The notes under the pieces: generated by a model
What the model was told of the DNA's origin: nothing
Seen by the model: only the letters and a program-made list of their open reading frames with translations
Database searches by the model: none
In this document: positions 55,330-64,000 of the stretch, piece after piece
Position numbering within the stretch: position 1 is the stretch's first letter
Layout: each line of letters opens with the position of its first letter
Translations under genes and position numbers: made by a program
Assembly (NCBI GenBank): GCA_902795795.1
Contig: CADBMM010000105.1
Span: forward strand, 1,382-65,381
DNA length: 64,000 nucleotides
Direction: 5' to 3'
DNA from: an uncultured Lachnospiraceae bacterium
GTDB lineage: Bacteria; Bacillota; Clostridia; Lachnospirales; Lachnospiraceae

Positions 55330-55938
55330 TCAAAGATATATTCCGTTTCGTACTATATAATCGTAAACCTTATCGGTAACAAAATATCTGAATCCGCAGC
55401 CTTTTGCGATCACGTCCCGGAGCTCATGTGAGGATATCTGGATATCCGGACAGCTTATGCCGATAAAATCACCTTTAAGAAGCTGACGGTTTTCTTCCAG
55501 GAGTTTTTCCATTTTCGACTGATCACAGTCCGGCCTGTCCGCGGCAGCAATATGAGCATGCTTTACGATTTCCTCAGGCTTTACCCAGCTGTGAAATGTT
55601 TCAAGCGAATCCTGCCCTATTATGAAATAATAATCTTCGTCAGGATGTGCTCCGGTAAGCTTTTCGATAGTCTTGTAGGTATAGGAATAATCCTCTGATT
55701 CCATCTCTATAAGGCTCAGATCGAATCTTGGGTCATCTTCTATAGCGAGCCTTACCATATCGATCCTCTGATCATCCGTAGCGCCTTTTCTGTCGCGTTT
55801 ATGAGGCGGTTTACCCGCTGGAATAAAAAGCACCTTATCCAGCCCCAGCTGCTCATAAGCAGCCTGGGCAAGTATAAGGTGACCTATATGGATAGGATCG
55901 AACGTCCCTCCCATTATTCCGACTTTCTTTTTAAGCAT
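55330..55938 (-). CDS. nadD: Nicotinate-nucleotide adenylyltransferase
   Basis: GIMGGTFDPIHIGHL (HxGH) and ISSHELR (ISST-like) motifs. Confidence 0.92.
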   Translation of the reverse strand: MLKKKVGIMGGTFDPIHIGHLILAQAAYEQLGLDKVLFIPAGKPPHKRDRKGATDDQRIDMVRLAIEDDPRFDLSLIEMESEDYSYTYKTIEKLTGAHPDEDYYFIIGQDSLETFHSWVKPEEIVKHAHIAAADRPDCDQSKMEKLLEENRQLLKGDFIGISCPDIQISSHELRDVIAKGCGFRYFVTDKVYDYIVRNGIYL

Positions 55939-55942
55939 ATTA

Positions 55943-56257
55943 TTATCCTTTTCCGAATGTCAGATGTACAAGATCAATTTTTCTGTTCTTTTCATCTTCT
56001 GCCGGTTTGTACAGAACTATCTTTCTTCCGATGACCTGGACCACCTGTGACCTGGTGCGCTCAGAAACGGCCTCTGCCAGACTTTTGAGGTCATCCAGGC
56101 AATTATTCAAAACTGCGATCTTTACCAGCTCACGGGCACTTAGAGCCTCCTGAACGGATTTTACGACCTCAGGTGTAAGCGATTCCTTTCCGATATGTAC
56201 GGAAGGGTCGATATTCATGGCCAGACTTTTAAGAAATGCTCTTTGTTTGCTTGTCAT
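55943..56257 (-). CDS. yhbY: YhbY/CRM-domain RNA-binding protein
   Basis: 104 aa with LTSKQRAFLKSLA...VHIGKESLT...ELVKI. Confidence 0.85.
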   Translation of the reverse strand: MTSKQRAFLKSLAMNIDPSVHIGKESLTPEVVKSVQEALSARELVKIAVLNNCLDDLKSLAEAVSERTRSQVVQVIGRKIVLYKPAEDEKNRKIDLVHLTFGKG

Positions 56258-56260
56258 ATT

Positions 56261-57556
56261 TTACTCCTTGTAAAACTCAAATGTCCAGCCATACATCCTG
56301 ACTGTGTCACCCTCAGAGATGCCGGCTTCAAGCAGATCGTCCTGTATGCCGCTTTCCCTGACGAATTTCTGGAAAAATGCAAAGCCCTTTTCGGATTCCA
56401 GATTTGTATATCCAAGCATCTTTTCGATCTTCGGACCTTCTACGACATAGGCTTTTTCTTTTGAGTCATATTCGACCGTATACGGCAGATCCTCTTCTAT
56501 CAGTTCGATGTCGGGATCATATTCAGGCTCAAAAACGACAGCCTCTTTCGGAAGTTTGTCCAGTACGCTTTGAACATAATACAAAAGCTCTTTAATACCA
56601 TCACCGCTTACAGCGGAAATCGGGAAGACTTTGGTATTATCGTTTTCAAATTCATCCCGCAGCTTTCTGATGACATTTTCTTTTTCTTCATCGGAAAGCA
56701 CGTCTGTCTTGTTCGCTGCAATGACCTGCGGTTTATCTATAAGCTTCTCGTCATATTTTGAAAGCTCCGCATTGATCTTACGTATATCTTCTGCAGGATC
56801 ACGGCCTTCTGTTGATGCAGCGTCAACTATGTGTATGAACATCCTGTTGCGTTCGATATGACGCAGGAATTTGAATCCAAGTCCTGCTCCGTCGGAAGCG
56901 CCTTCGATAAGTCCGGGTATGTCCGCTATGACGAAACCGTTGCAGCCGTCAACATCTACAACGCCCAGATTCGGTTCAAGAGTTGTGAAGTGATAGTTGG
57001 CAATCTTCGGCCTGGCGTTTGTGACACGTGATAAAAACGTAGACTTACCGACATTGGGAAATCCGAGAAGTCCAACGTCGGCAATGAGTTTAAGCTCAAG
57101 TATGATCTCCATTTCCCTGGCGGGTTTGCCGGGTGAAGCGTATTTGGGAGCCTGCATGGTAGGCGTTGCGAAATTCATGTTGCCTCTTCCGCCTCTGCCG
57201 CCCTTCAGGACTATCATACGTTTGTTATCACCGGACATATCAGCTACGACTTTTCCGCTTACTGCTTCCTTTATGACTGTGCCTTCCGGAACTTTCAGTA
57301 TAATGTCATTTCCGTCTGCACCGTGGCAGCGCCTTTTTCCGCCTTCTTCGCCGTCGGTAGCGGAATATTTCCGCTGATGACGGTAATTTGACAGGGTATT
57401 AAGACCGGTATCCACTTCGAAGATAACATCTCCGCCTCTTCCACCGTCTCCTCCGTCCGGGCCGCCGTCTGGTACATACTTTTCACGACGGAAGCTTACA
57501 TGGCCGTCTCCGCCTTTTCCGGATCTTATAATGATTTTTGCTCTGTCAGCAAACAT
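56261..57556 (-). CDS. obg: GTPase Obg/CgtA
   Basis: MFADRAKIIIRSGKGGDGHVSFRREK Obg fold with a Gly-rich region, GFPNVGKST, DIPGLIEGAS and NKTD motifs, and a C-terminal OCT domain. Confidence 0.95.
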   Translation of the reverse strand: MFADRAKIIIRSGKGGDGHVSFRREKYVPDGGPDGGDGGRGGDVIFEVDTGLNTLSNYRHQRKYSATDGEEGGKRRCHGADGNDIILKVPEGTVIKEAVSGKVVADMSGDNKRMIVLKGGRGGRGNMNFATPTMQAPKYASPGKPAREMEIILELKLIADVGLLGFPNVGKSTFLSRVTNARPKIANYHFTTLEPNLGVVDVDGCNGFVIADIPGLIEGASDGAGLGFKFLRHIERNRMFIHIVDAASTEGRDPAEDIRKINAELSKYDEKLIDKPQVIAANKTDVLSDEEKENVIRKLRDEFENDNTKVFPISAVSGDGIKELLYYVQSVLDKLPKEAVVFEPEYDPDIELIEEDLPYTVEYDSKEKAYVVEGPKIEKMLGYTNLESEKGFAFFQKFVRESGIQDDLLEAGISEGDTVRMYGWTFEFYKE

Positions 57557-57575
57557 GAATTATCTCCAAATCATT

Positions 57576-57608
57576 CAAAAATACGGCTGCCGCAAAGCGA
57601 CAGCCGTA
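57576..57608 (-). terminator. Hairpin plus T-run between rpmA and obg (terminator or attenuator)
   Basis: On the minus strand, ACGGCTG-(11 nt)-CAGCCGT followed by ATTTTT. Confidence 0.55.
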
Positions 57609-57625
57609 GATACGCATAACAATTA

Positions 57626-57919
57626 TTATTCTGCAGCAGTTTCGACAGGAATAACAGAAACCTGTTTCTTGTCCTTGCCTTTACGCTGGAATCTTACGAT
57701 TCCGTCTGCTGTAGCAAATAACGTATCGTCACGTCCAAGACCTACATTAAGTCCCGGATGGATCCTGGTTCCGCGCTGTCTGTAAAGGATGTTGCCTGCT
57801 TTAACGAACTGGCCGTCAGCTCTCTTGGCACCAAGTCTCTTGGACTCGGAATCACGGCCGTTCTTCGAGGAACCCATTCCCTTTTTATGAGCGAAGAACT
57901 GAAGGTTCATTTTTAACAT
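57626..57919 (-). CDS. rpmA: 50S ribosomal protein L27 with a cleavable N-terminal extension
   Basis: [24 protein letters not shown]. The FF|AHKKG junction is the Prp cleavage site typical of Firmicutes. Confidence 0.97.
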   Translation of the reverse strand: MLKMNLQFFAHKKGMGSSKNGRDSESKRLGAKRADGQFVKAGNILYRQRGTRIHPGLNVGLGRDDTLFATADGIVRFQRKGKDKKQVSVIPVETAAE

Positions 57920-57923
57920 GTCC

Positions 57924-58256
57924 TTAGACCTCCTTAAAAATCAAATTTACAAATTGTTCCGTTTCCTCGTCATCTTTAATACTCTGTATGCCGAGGATGA
58001 GCGATTTAAGAAGCAGGTCGGCATCATGATCAGGTGTATCGGAAAAAGAAACTTTTATGATCCCCTCTTCTTCATCTGCTTCTACGTCCATACCGGTTCC
58101 GGTAAAAGCTTCTATCGAATTGACGGTATTAATGACAAGTGCAGATATTGCTGAACATACAATGTCGCTTCCGGCTTCGGCATAGCCTGAATGGCCCTTG
58201 CTTTGAAAGCCTCTGACATTTCCCAAATCGTCCTTGTAAAAGGTAAGCTCAGTCAT
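57924..58256 (-). CDS. prp: Ribosomal-processing cysteine protease Prp
   Basis: 110 aa with [18 protein letters not shown] (His/Cys dyad), located between rplU and rpmA. Confidence 0.85.
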   Translation of the reverse strand: MTELTFYKDDLGNVRGFQSKGHSGYAEAGSDIVCSAISALVINTVNSIEAFTGTGMDVEADEEEGIIKVSFSDTPDHDADLLLKSLILGIQSIKDDEETEQFVNLIFKEV

Positions 58257-58258
58257 TT

Positions 58259-58567
58259 TCAGGCCTGGATCGAATCGATCTTTACTTTCGTAAACTGCTG
58301 TCTGTGACCGTTCTTTTTGTGGTAACCTTTTTTGGGCTTATACTTGTAAACAATGACTTTCTTGGCTCTTCCCTGTTCAAGAACAGTACCGGTGACTTTT
58401 GCAGCTGCAACGTCTCCGCCGACCTTGATTGAACCTTCATCACTTATTGCAAGTACCTGATCAAATGTAACAGCCTCTCCTTTTTCTCCGGCGATCTTTT
58501 CAACTGAAACGATATCGCCTTCGGAAACCTTGTACTGTTTACCACCGGTTGCAATAATTGCGTACAT
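58259..58567 (-). CDS. rplU: 50S ribosomal protein L21
   Basis: [18 protein letters not shown] is a canonical N terminus, 102 aa. Confidence 0.97.
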   Translation of the reverse strand: MYAIIATGGKQYKVSEGDIVSVEKIAGEKGEAVTFDQVLAISDEGSIKVGGDVAAAKVTGTVLEQGRAKKVIVYKYKPKKGYHKKNGHRQQFTKVKIDSIQA

Positions 58568-58650
58568 AGGGCACTCTCCTCCTATCTACATTCTCGCCAG
58601 ATTCGGTGCTGCCTGGGCAGACTTTTACCTCTCTGTGCGGCTAACTATGA
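58568..58650 (-). ncRNA. Probable L21 ribosomal-protein leader (5' UTR regulatory structure of the rplU-prp-rpmA operon)
   Basis: An approximately 80-nt untranslated leader between a strong promoter and the rplU RBS (AGGAGGAG), containing the hairpin CTGCC-CAG-GCAG. The position matches the L21 leader described for Firmicutes. The structure was not verified. Confidence 0.45.
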
Positions 58651-58651
58651 C

Positions 58652-58680
58652 ATATTAGCATATATGATATTTTATGTCAA
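58652..58680 (-). promoter_or_regulatory. Sigma-A consensus promoter of the rplU operon
   Basis: On the minus strand, TTGACA (58680-58675), exactly 17-nt spacer, TAATAT (58657-58652). Confidence 0.75.
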
Positions 58681-58743
58681 ACAAATTGTATAGAATTCCT
58701 TCTGCTTTTTTGTCGGAAATTTTTATCATTAAACTGTGGAAAA

Positions 58744-60183
58744 TCACTTGCTACGGTTCCTGATATACTCATCTATCCCCTTTGCAGCATCTTTTCCGGC
58801 GCCCATGGCAAGTATGACAGTGGCAGCTCCAGTAACTGCGTCTCCGCCGGCAAAAACGCCTTCTTTAGAAGTCTTTCCGTCAGCTTCATCTGCAATAATA
58901 CATTTCTTTTTATTTGTATCCAGTCCTTCTGTCGTTGATGAGATCAGCGGATTAGGCGAGGTGCCAAGAGCCATGATAACTATATCACAGTCTATCTCAA
59001 ATTCAGAACCTTCAACAGGTATCGGCCGGCGTCTGCCGGATGCATCCGGCTCGCCAAGTTCCATGCGTATGCATTTTATTCCTTTGACCCATTGATCATC
59101 ATCAGTAAGGATCTCCACGGGATTTGTAAGAAGGTCAAATATAACACCTTCTTCTTTTGCATGGCCTACCTCTTCGACTCTCGCAGGCAGCTCAGCTTCT
59201 GTACGTCTGTAGACTATATGTACCTCAGAACCAAGCCTTAAAGCAGTTCTTGTAGCATCCATTGCTACGTTACCGCCTCCGACAACAACTACTTTCTTTC
59301 CGCACTTTATCGGAGTATCGTAATCATCCCTGAAGGCTTTCATAAGGTTATTGCGTGTAAGGTATTCATTGGCAGAAAAGACGCCGTTTGCATTTTCTCC
59401 GGGGATGCCCATAAAAACAGGGAGTCCGGCGCCAGAGCCGATAAATACTGCTTCATAACCCTCTTCGAAAAGTTCATCGATATATACAGATTTTCCTATA
59501 ATGGTATTGGTCTCTATTTTAACGCCCATATCCATTACGTTTTCTATTTCAGGTGCAACGACAGCATCTTTCGGAAGCCTGAATTCAGGAATACCGTAAA
59601 GCAAAACTCCGCCCGGTTTATGAAGAGCTTCAAATATCGTAACATCATAGCCGATCCTTGCCAGGTCTCCGGCGCAGGTAAGTCCGGCTGGACCGGAACC
59701 GATCACGGCTACTTTATGACCGTTTTTAAGAGTACATGAAAGAGGTTTAATATTCTGTTCCTTTGCCCAGTCGGCGACAAACCGCTCCAGCTTGCCGATC
59801 GATATGGCATCGCCTTTCATGCCTCTTATCCATACTCCTTCACACTGGGTCTCCTGCGGGCATACTCTGCCGCAGATCGCAGGAAGTGCAGATGAACTGC
59901 TTATCGTTTCATAGGCTTTAGCGAATTCTCCGTTCTTTACCTGCTGTATAAAAGCCGGTATATCTATTTCTACCGGGCAGCCGGCAATACATTTTGCGTT
60001 TTTGCAGTTAAGGCATCTGGATGCCTCTGCAATAGCCTCTTCTTGATTATATCCGTAGCATACCTCGTCAAAATTCGTTGCACGGATTTTTGGGTCCTGT
60101 TCTCTTACCGGTACCTTTACCTTTGCATCAGCGGCTTTAATGGTTCCGTCTTCAGCAATATAAACGTTTTCTGATCCTGCCAT
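58744..60183 (-). CDS. nfnB: NfnB / GltD-like NADPH-dependent oxidoreductase large subunit (glutamate synthase small-chain family)
   Basis: N-terminal Fe-S motifs CLNCKNAKCIAGCP and CGRVCPQETQCEGVW, two Rossmann motifs VAVIGSGPAGL and VVVVGGGNVAMD, and C-terminal GVFAGGD. Confidence 0.8.
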   Translation of the reverse strand: MAGSENVYIAEDGTIKAADAKVKVPVREQDPKIRATNFDEVCYGYNQEEAIAEASRCLNCKNAKCIAGCPVEIDIPAFIQQVKNGEFAKAYETISSSSALPAICGRVCPQETQCEGVWIRGMKGDAISIGKLERFVADWAKEQNIKPLSCTLKNGHKVAVIGSGPAGLTCAGDLARIGYDVTIFEALHKPGGVLLYGIPEFRLPKDAVVAPEIENVMDMGVKIETNTIIGKSVYIDELFEEGYEAVFIGSGAGLPVFMGIPGENANGVFSANEYLTRNNLMKAFRDDYDTPIKCGKKVVVVGGGNVAMDATRTALRLGSEVHIVYRRTEAELPARVEEVGHAKEEGVIFDLLTNPVEILTDDDQWVKGIKCIRMELGEPDASGRRRPIPVEGSEFEIDCDIVIMALGTSPNPLISSTTEGLDTNKKKCIIADEADGKTSKEGVFAGGDAVTGAATVILAMGAGKDAAKGIDEYIRNRSK

Positions 60184-61067
60184 TATTTGTCACCTCCGCA
60201 ATTTCCGCATCCGCCATGATGTGTTTTTCCCTCTTCAAGTGCCAGCTTTGCCCTGCCCTCTTCTGTTTTATAAAGCTGTGCGCGTTTCATTGCCTGATCG
60301 AAATCCACAAGATGACCGTCAAATTCAGGACCGTCCACACATGCGAATTTTACTTCGTTTCCGACATTCAAACGGCAGGCGCCGCACATTCCCGTACCGT
60401 CCACCATTATGGGATTCATGCTTACGATAGTATGTATTCCAAGCTTCTTTGTAAGAAGGCAGGTGAATTTCATCATGATCATCGGTCCGATAGCTATGGC
60501 ATAATTATAGTCATGACCTTCTGCGACCAGATCTTCAAGGCATTTTGTGACCATGCCGTTTCTTCCGTATGAGCCATCGTCGGTGGTAACATAAAGATTG
60601 CATACTTCGTTGAATTCTTTTTCAAGGATAACAAGATCTTTTGTCTTTGCGCCGATTATCGCATCGGCAGTAATACCGTTTTCATGTAGCCATTTGACCT
60701 GTGGAAAAACCGGTGCTGTTCCGACTCCGCCTGCGATAAAGAGGATCTTAAGAGAGCTTAATTCCTCTTTGCTCATTGAACAAAGTTCTGAAGGATTACC
60801 GAGTGGTCCGACTATGCTGTAAAAGTGATCTCCGCTTTTAAGTTCGGTAAGCATTGTGGTCGAAGCTCCGGCAGGCTGGAAAACTATCGTTATCGTACCT
60901 TTGGTTCTGTCGTAGTCACAGATCGTAAGCGGGATCCTTTCGCTGAATTCATCTTTGATAACAATGATGAACTGTCCGGGCATACAATGCTTTGCGATCC
61001 GTGGAGCTTCTACGACCATTCTGTAAATGTTGGCTGCGAGAAGATCTGATTCGATGATCCTGTACAT
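60183..61067 (-). CDS. nfnA: NfnA / SudB-like FAD and [2Fe-2S] subunit (dihydroorotate dehydrogenase electron-transfer subunit family)
   Basis: IPLTICD, GGVGTAPV and the [2Fe-2S] motif GTGMCGACRL...CVDGPEF. The start is taken as MYRIIES (ATG at 61067, with AGGAG 5 nt upstream) rather than 61082. The stop overlaps the nfnB start. Confidence 0.8.
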   Translation of the reverse strand: MYRIIESDLLAANIYRMVVEAPRIAKHCMPGQFIIVIKDEFSERIPLTICDYDRTKGTITIVFQPAGASTTMLTELKSGDHFYSIVGPLGNPSELCSMSKEELSSLKILFIAGGVGTAPVFPQVKWLHENGITADAIIGAKTKDLVILEKEFNEVCNLYVTTDDGSYGRNGMVTKCLEDLVAEGHDYNYAIAIGPMIMMKFTCLLTKKLGIHTIVSMNPIMVDGTGMCGACRLNVGNEVKFACVDGPEFDGHLVDFDQAMKRAQLYKTEEGRAKLALEEGKTHHGGCGNCGGDK

Positions 61068-61146
61068 GAACTCTCCTTTCATAAATAACGGTGAATGTCT
61101 ATTCCAGATGGATAAAATCCGAGAATGTCAATAATTTAACGTTATA

Positions 61147-61175
61147 ATATTAACATGCATTTTTGATAATGACAA
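61147..61175 (-). promoter_or_regulatory. Candidate sigma-A promoter for nfnAB
   Basis: On the minus strand, TTGTCA (61175-61170), 17-nt spacer, TAATAT (61152-61147). Confidence 0.45.
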
Positions 61176-61185
61176 TGGATTATAT

Positions 61186-61250
61186 CAAAAAAGGGACAGT
61201 TCTCCTGCTCATATTTTGGGAATACGGCAGAAGAATTGTCCCTGTTTTTT
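61186..61250 (-). terminator. Long-stem rho-independent terminator after the Zn-ribbon/TPR gene
   Basis: On the minus strand, CAGGGACAATTCTTCTGC-(18 nt)-GCAGGAGAACTGTCCC followed by TTTTTT. An A-run on the other side makes it potentially bidirectional. Confidence 0.8.
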
Positions 61251-61260
61251 TAATAATTAT

Positions 61261-62724
61261 TTAAGAAGCAGTAACTGCTTCAGGCACGACAGTTTCAGGT
61301 GGTTGCTCCGGTGTAGGTTCCGGCGTTGGTTCAGGCGTCGGTTCCGGTGTAGGTTCAGGCGTCGGCTCCGGTGTAGGTTCCGGCGTTGGTTCAGGCGTCG
61401 GAACTATTGTCTGCGGAGGATTCGTAGGATCCGGAATTACTGGTACCGTAGTTGGCGTCCAGTCTGTGTATCCGCTGTCATCCTGATAGTAGCTGTCATC
61501 CTGATAATAGCTGTCATCGTAATAGTACTGCTGAGTCGGAACAGGCGTAGCCGGCGCATAAGGACTGTATACAAATGTTGACGCAGAAATAGGTCCGGAA
61601 AGGCCTGTGCTGTCAAAAGCTACAGCATAGAATATATGCGCACCTTCAGGCATTGGAATCGGTTCTCTGTACATTTCGGATGACATGTTCGGCTTAGAAT
61701 CGAAAGCATAGTAACATATGCAGCCTTCCGGTACAATGACAGAGATCATATTATTAGATGCATAATATGCGCCTGAAGCAGGCGATACCACAGGTGCAGC
61801 CGGCGCATTGATATCGATAATATACTCGGCAGTAGTCACTGTGCTCATAATTCCGGCTGAAGATACCGATATAGCCTTAAGTACTGTTGTACCGGTGGAA
61901 ATGTGCACAGGACCAGTATATACATTCGATTCTTTTGTAGGCGTTGATCCGTCAATAGTATAGTAAGTAGATGAACCGTCTGAGGTGATCACGACATCTA
62001 TTTCTTCCGTATAAGTTCCCGCTTCAATCGAAAAGATCGGTGCACCGGCAATATACCGGGAAAGAGATCTTTTTATATCTTCCGGAGCATTTTCAAGTAA
62101 TGTCTGTATGTTTTCGGTATCATTGTCTGCCTGATAGATCTTCAGCAGCGTTCTGTATGCTTCTGTGTATTCCGGATCTTTGGTGATGATATCCCTAAGC
62201 TGTACGATCGCGTCGAACTGGTTGCCGTTGGCATATGTAAGTTTTGCCTGGAGCACAAGACATTCAGTACTGTCAGGCTGAAGTTTTAAGGCCTCAGCGA
62301 GCAGTCCGGCCGCATTGGCGTATTGTCCGGATTCATATGAAGCCGATGCCTGCGAATAATAATCTTCATAAGTAGGCTGGATCTCTTCAATCGTATCATT
62401 ACGGATGATATACAATACAAAAACGATCGCAGCAACAAGAGCCAGGGCTACTGCAATTATCACGATCATTTTACGTTTTTTATTTCTGCGGAAGATCCTC
62501 TCTTCTTCCGCTATGAGTTCAGCCTGCTTTTTCGCTGCCTCTGATAATTCTTCATCATTTTCCGGAGAATTATTCTTTTCGAGCAGAGATGAGCTTAAGG
62601 TCTCGTAATCGGGGACCAGCTGGACCTCATAATTACACACTGGGCAGATCAGTTCACCGTCAGGTATTTCAGATCCGCATTTCGGGCATAAACTCATATC
62701 AATTCTCCTCGAGGTAATTTTCAA
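61261..62724 (-). CDS. Zn-ribbon / TM / TPR / Ig-like-repeat protein with a Pro-Thr-Glu repeat tail, function unknown
   Basis: [21 protein letters not shown] zinc ribbon, one TM helix ([22 protein letters not shown]), TPR-like helices, two repeats with a YYTIDGSTP / CYYAFDSKP pattern (chitobiase-C/Fn3-like), then YYQDDS x3 and (PEPT) x8 at the C terminus. Confidence 0.6.
   Translation of the reverse strand: MKITSRRIDMSLCPKCGSEIPDGELICPVCNYEVQLVPDYETLSSSLLEKNNSPENDEELSEAAKKQAELIAEEERIFRRNKKRKMIVIIAVALALVAAIVFVLYIIRNDTIEEIQPTYEDYYSQASASYESGQYANAAGLLAEALKLQPDSTECLVLQAKLTYANGNQFDAIVQLRDIITKDPEYTEAYRTLLKIYQADNDTENIQTLLENAPEDIKRSLSRYIAGAPIFSIEAGTYTEEIDVVITSDGSSTYYTIDGSTPTKESNVYTGPVHISTGTTVLKAISVSSAGIMSTVTTAEYIIDINAPAAPVVSPASGAYYASNNMISVIVPEGCICYYAFDSKPNMSSEMYREPIPMPEGAHIFYAVAFDSTGLSGPISASTFVYSPYAPATPVPTQQYYYDDSYYQDDSYYQDDSGYTDWTPTTVPVIPDPTNPPQTIVPTPEPTPEPTPEPTPEPTPEPTPEPTPEPTPEQPPETVVPEAVTAS
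61306..61401. repeat. Tandem 12-bp coding repeat (8 units, encodes PEPT repeats) with a 60-bp higher-order period
   Basis: The GGTTC(C/A)GG(C/T)GT(N) unit is repeated. An identical 36-mer, CTCCGGTGTAGGTTCCGGCGTTGGTTCAGGCGTCGG, occurs at 61306 and again at 61366. Confidence 0.9.
61474..61527. repeat. Tandem 18-bp coding repeat, 3 units (encodes YYQDDS-type repeats)
   Basis: GCTGTCATCCTGATAGTA / GCTGTCATCCTGATAATA / GCTGTCATCGTAATAGTA. Confidence 0.9.
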
Positions 62725-64000
62725 ATTGTTCCATGGTCATAAGGATCTTCCTGGGTTTTGTACCCTCTTCTTCTCCGACCACGCCGGCTTCGCATAACTG
62801 ATCCATAATACGCGCAGCCCTGTTAAATCCTATTTTGAAGGCTCTCTGAAGCATTCCTATTGAAGCCTTGTCTTTTTCAATAATAAAACGTCCTGCTTCC
62901 TTAAAATAAGCATCCTGATCGTCTGAAGGCCGATCTCCACCTTGATTCTTAAAAGATGCAGAATCTATATGCTGCTGGATGCTTTCGTCATAGGAGGTAT
63001 CTCCCTTATGATCCACAAGGAAGCCCACGATCTTTTCGATCTCTTCATCGGATACGAAGCAGCCCTGTACTCTGGCCGGCTTCTGATACCCCTGCGGATA
63101 AAACAGCATATCGCCTTTTCCAAGAAGCTTTTCGGCACCGTTCATATCGATGATAACACGTGAATCGATACCGGAGGCGACCGAAAGCGCGATCCTAGAC
63201 GGAATATTCGCTTTGATCAGACCGGTAATGACGTTGACGGAAGGTCTTTGCGTTGCTACGACAAGATGTATGCCTGCGGCTCTGGCAAGCTGGGTGAGCC
63301 TTACGATAGCATCCTCCACTTCTCCGGGAGCTACCATCATAAGATCTGCAAGCTCGTCGATTATTATGATTATCTTCGGCATCGGCTTTGGCGGTTCTTC
63401 ATTTTCACCGACCGTAGGCGCGAGACGTTTGATCTTTTCGTTATAACTGTCTACGTCTCTTACTCCGAATTCAGCAAACTTATTGTAACGGTCTGTCATT
63501 TCTGCCACAGCCCAGTTAAGCGCACCGGAAGCCTTTTTCGGATCGGTAACGACAGGGATAAGCAGATGGGGTATTCCGTTGTATACACTAAGCTCAACGA
63601 CCTTCGGGTCGATCATAATAAATTTGACTTCGTCCGGAGATGCTTTGTAAATAATACTCAGGATCAGCGAATTAATACATACTGATTTTCCGCTGCCTGT
63701 TGCACCGGCAACGAGCAGGTGAGGCATCTTAGCAATATTTGATACGACCGGTTCACCGGCGAGGTCTTTACCTACAGCAAATGCAAGCTTCGATTTGAAG
63801 TTGGTAAATTCATCTGATCTTATGATATCGCCCAGCATTACAGACGAGTTAGTCTTATTCGGGACTTCTATTCCTACGGCAGCCTTCCCGGGAATCGGCG
63901 CTTCTATCCTTATATCTTCAGCGGCCAGATTAAGCTTTATGTCATCAGCAAGGTTGACGATACGGCTGACTTTAACTCCCATCTCGGGCTGCAGCTCGTA
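62699..64000 (-). CDS. ftsK: DNA translocase FtsK/SpoIIIE, C-terminal motor and gamma domains (5' end outside the window)
   Basis: Walker [20 protein letters not shown] Walker B, and C-terminal winged-helix gamma domain [24 protein letters not shown]. The frame is open to the window edge. The last 26 nt overlap the downstream gene start. Confidence 0.9.
   Translation of the reverse strand, partial: YELQPEMGVKVSRIVNLADDIKLNLAAEDIRIEAPIPGKAAVGIEVPNKTNSSVMLGDIIRSDEFTNFKSKLAFAVGKDLAGEPVVSNIAKMPHLLVAGATGSGKSVCINSLILSIIYKASPDEVKFIMIDPKVVELSVYNGIPHLLIPVVTDPKKASGALNWAVAEMTDRYNKFAEFGVRDVDSYNEKIKRLAPTVGENEEPPKPMPKIIIIIDELADLMMVAPGEVEDAIVRLTQLARAAGIHLVVATQRPSVNVITGLIKANIPSRIALSVASGIDSRVIIDMNGAEKLLGKGDMLFYPQGYQKPARVQGCFVSDEEIEKIVGFLVDHKGDTSYDESIQQHIDSASFKNQGGDRPSDDQDAYFKEAGRFIIEKDKASIGMLQRAFKIGFNRAARIMDQLCEAGVVGEEEGTKPRKILMTMEQFENYLEEN

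Noticed and set aside
61306-61401. Regularly spaced short repeats that could be mistaken for a CRISPR array.
   Set aside because: The units are 12 bp, contiguous and without spacers. They are in frame inside a CDS encoding PEPT repeats. No cas genes are present.
61216-61581. 121-aa Arg/Phe/Cys-rich + strand ORF ([14 protein letters not shown]...).
   Set aside because: It is the reverse-complement reading of the PEPT tandem repeat in the minus-strand gene, so it is a repeat artefact and not a gene.

Overview
The window looks like core chromosome of a low-to-moderate GC Firmicute. Gene content and order suggest Clostridia, possibly Lachnospiraceae-like, but this is inferred from synteny and not from any search. 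I call 64 protein-coding features. I found no rRNA, tRNA, CRISPR array, prophage or recognisable defence island.

From nt 1 to about 50.9 kb, 48 of 49 CDS lie on the + strand, in conserved housekeeping blocks:
- prfC; nusB-xseA-xseB-ispA-dxs-tlyA-nadK-argR-recN; thrC
- ylxM-ffh-rpsP-KH-rimM
- larB-larC-miaB-mutS-mutL-miaA
- radC-mreB-mreC-mreD-pbp2-rodA-dac
- yggS-sepF-lspA-rluD
- a TRAP transporter operon

From about 51 kb to the end, all 15 CDS lie on the - strand: an FtsX-permease remnant, an XerS-like tyrosine recombinase, a DUF362 gene, rsfS-yqeK-nadD-yhbY-obg, rpmA-prp-rplU, nfnAB, a Zn-ribbon/TPR surface protein and ftsK.

The most interesting reading is that the convergent strand switch at about 51 kb is the replication terminus. 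It sits beside a single XerS-like recombinase, a near-perfect 16-bp-arm palindrome that resembles a dif(SL)-type site, a decayed gene remnant, and FtsK about 10 kb away.

Other observations worth a second look:
- a 92-nt convergent overlap of rimM with a shikimate-dehydrogenase-like gene that lacks the catalytic Asp
- larB-larC fused onto the miaB-mutSL operon, with no larA or larE in the window
- an MreB with degenerate ATP-binding motifs in the canonical mreBCD position
- a 972-aa PBP2 with a large insertion
- a mini P-loop protein coupled to a membrane barrel-sandwich protein inside the envelope/division cluster
- an orphan CbiG-like gene
- a Cys-to-Trp change in an NfnB Fe-S motif

All functional calls come from motif recognition by eye. 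No database search was run.
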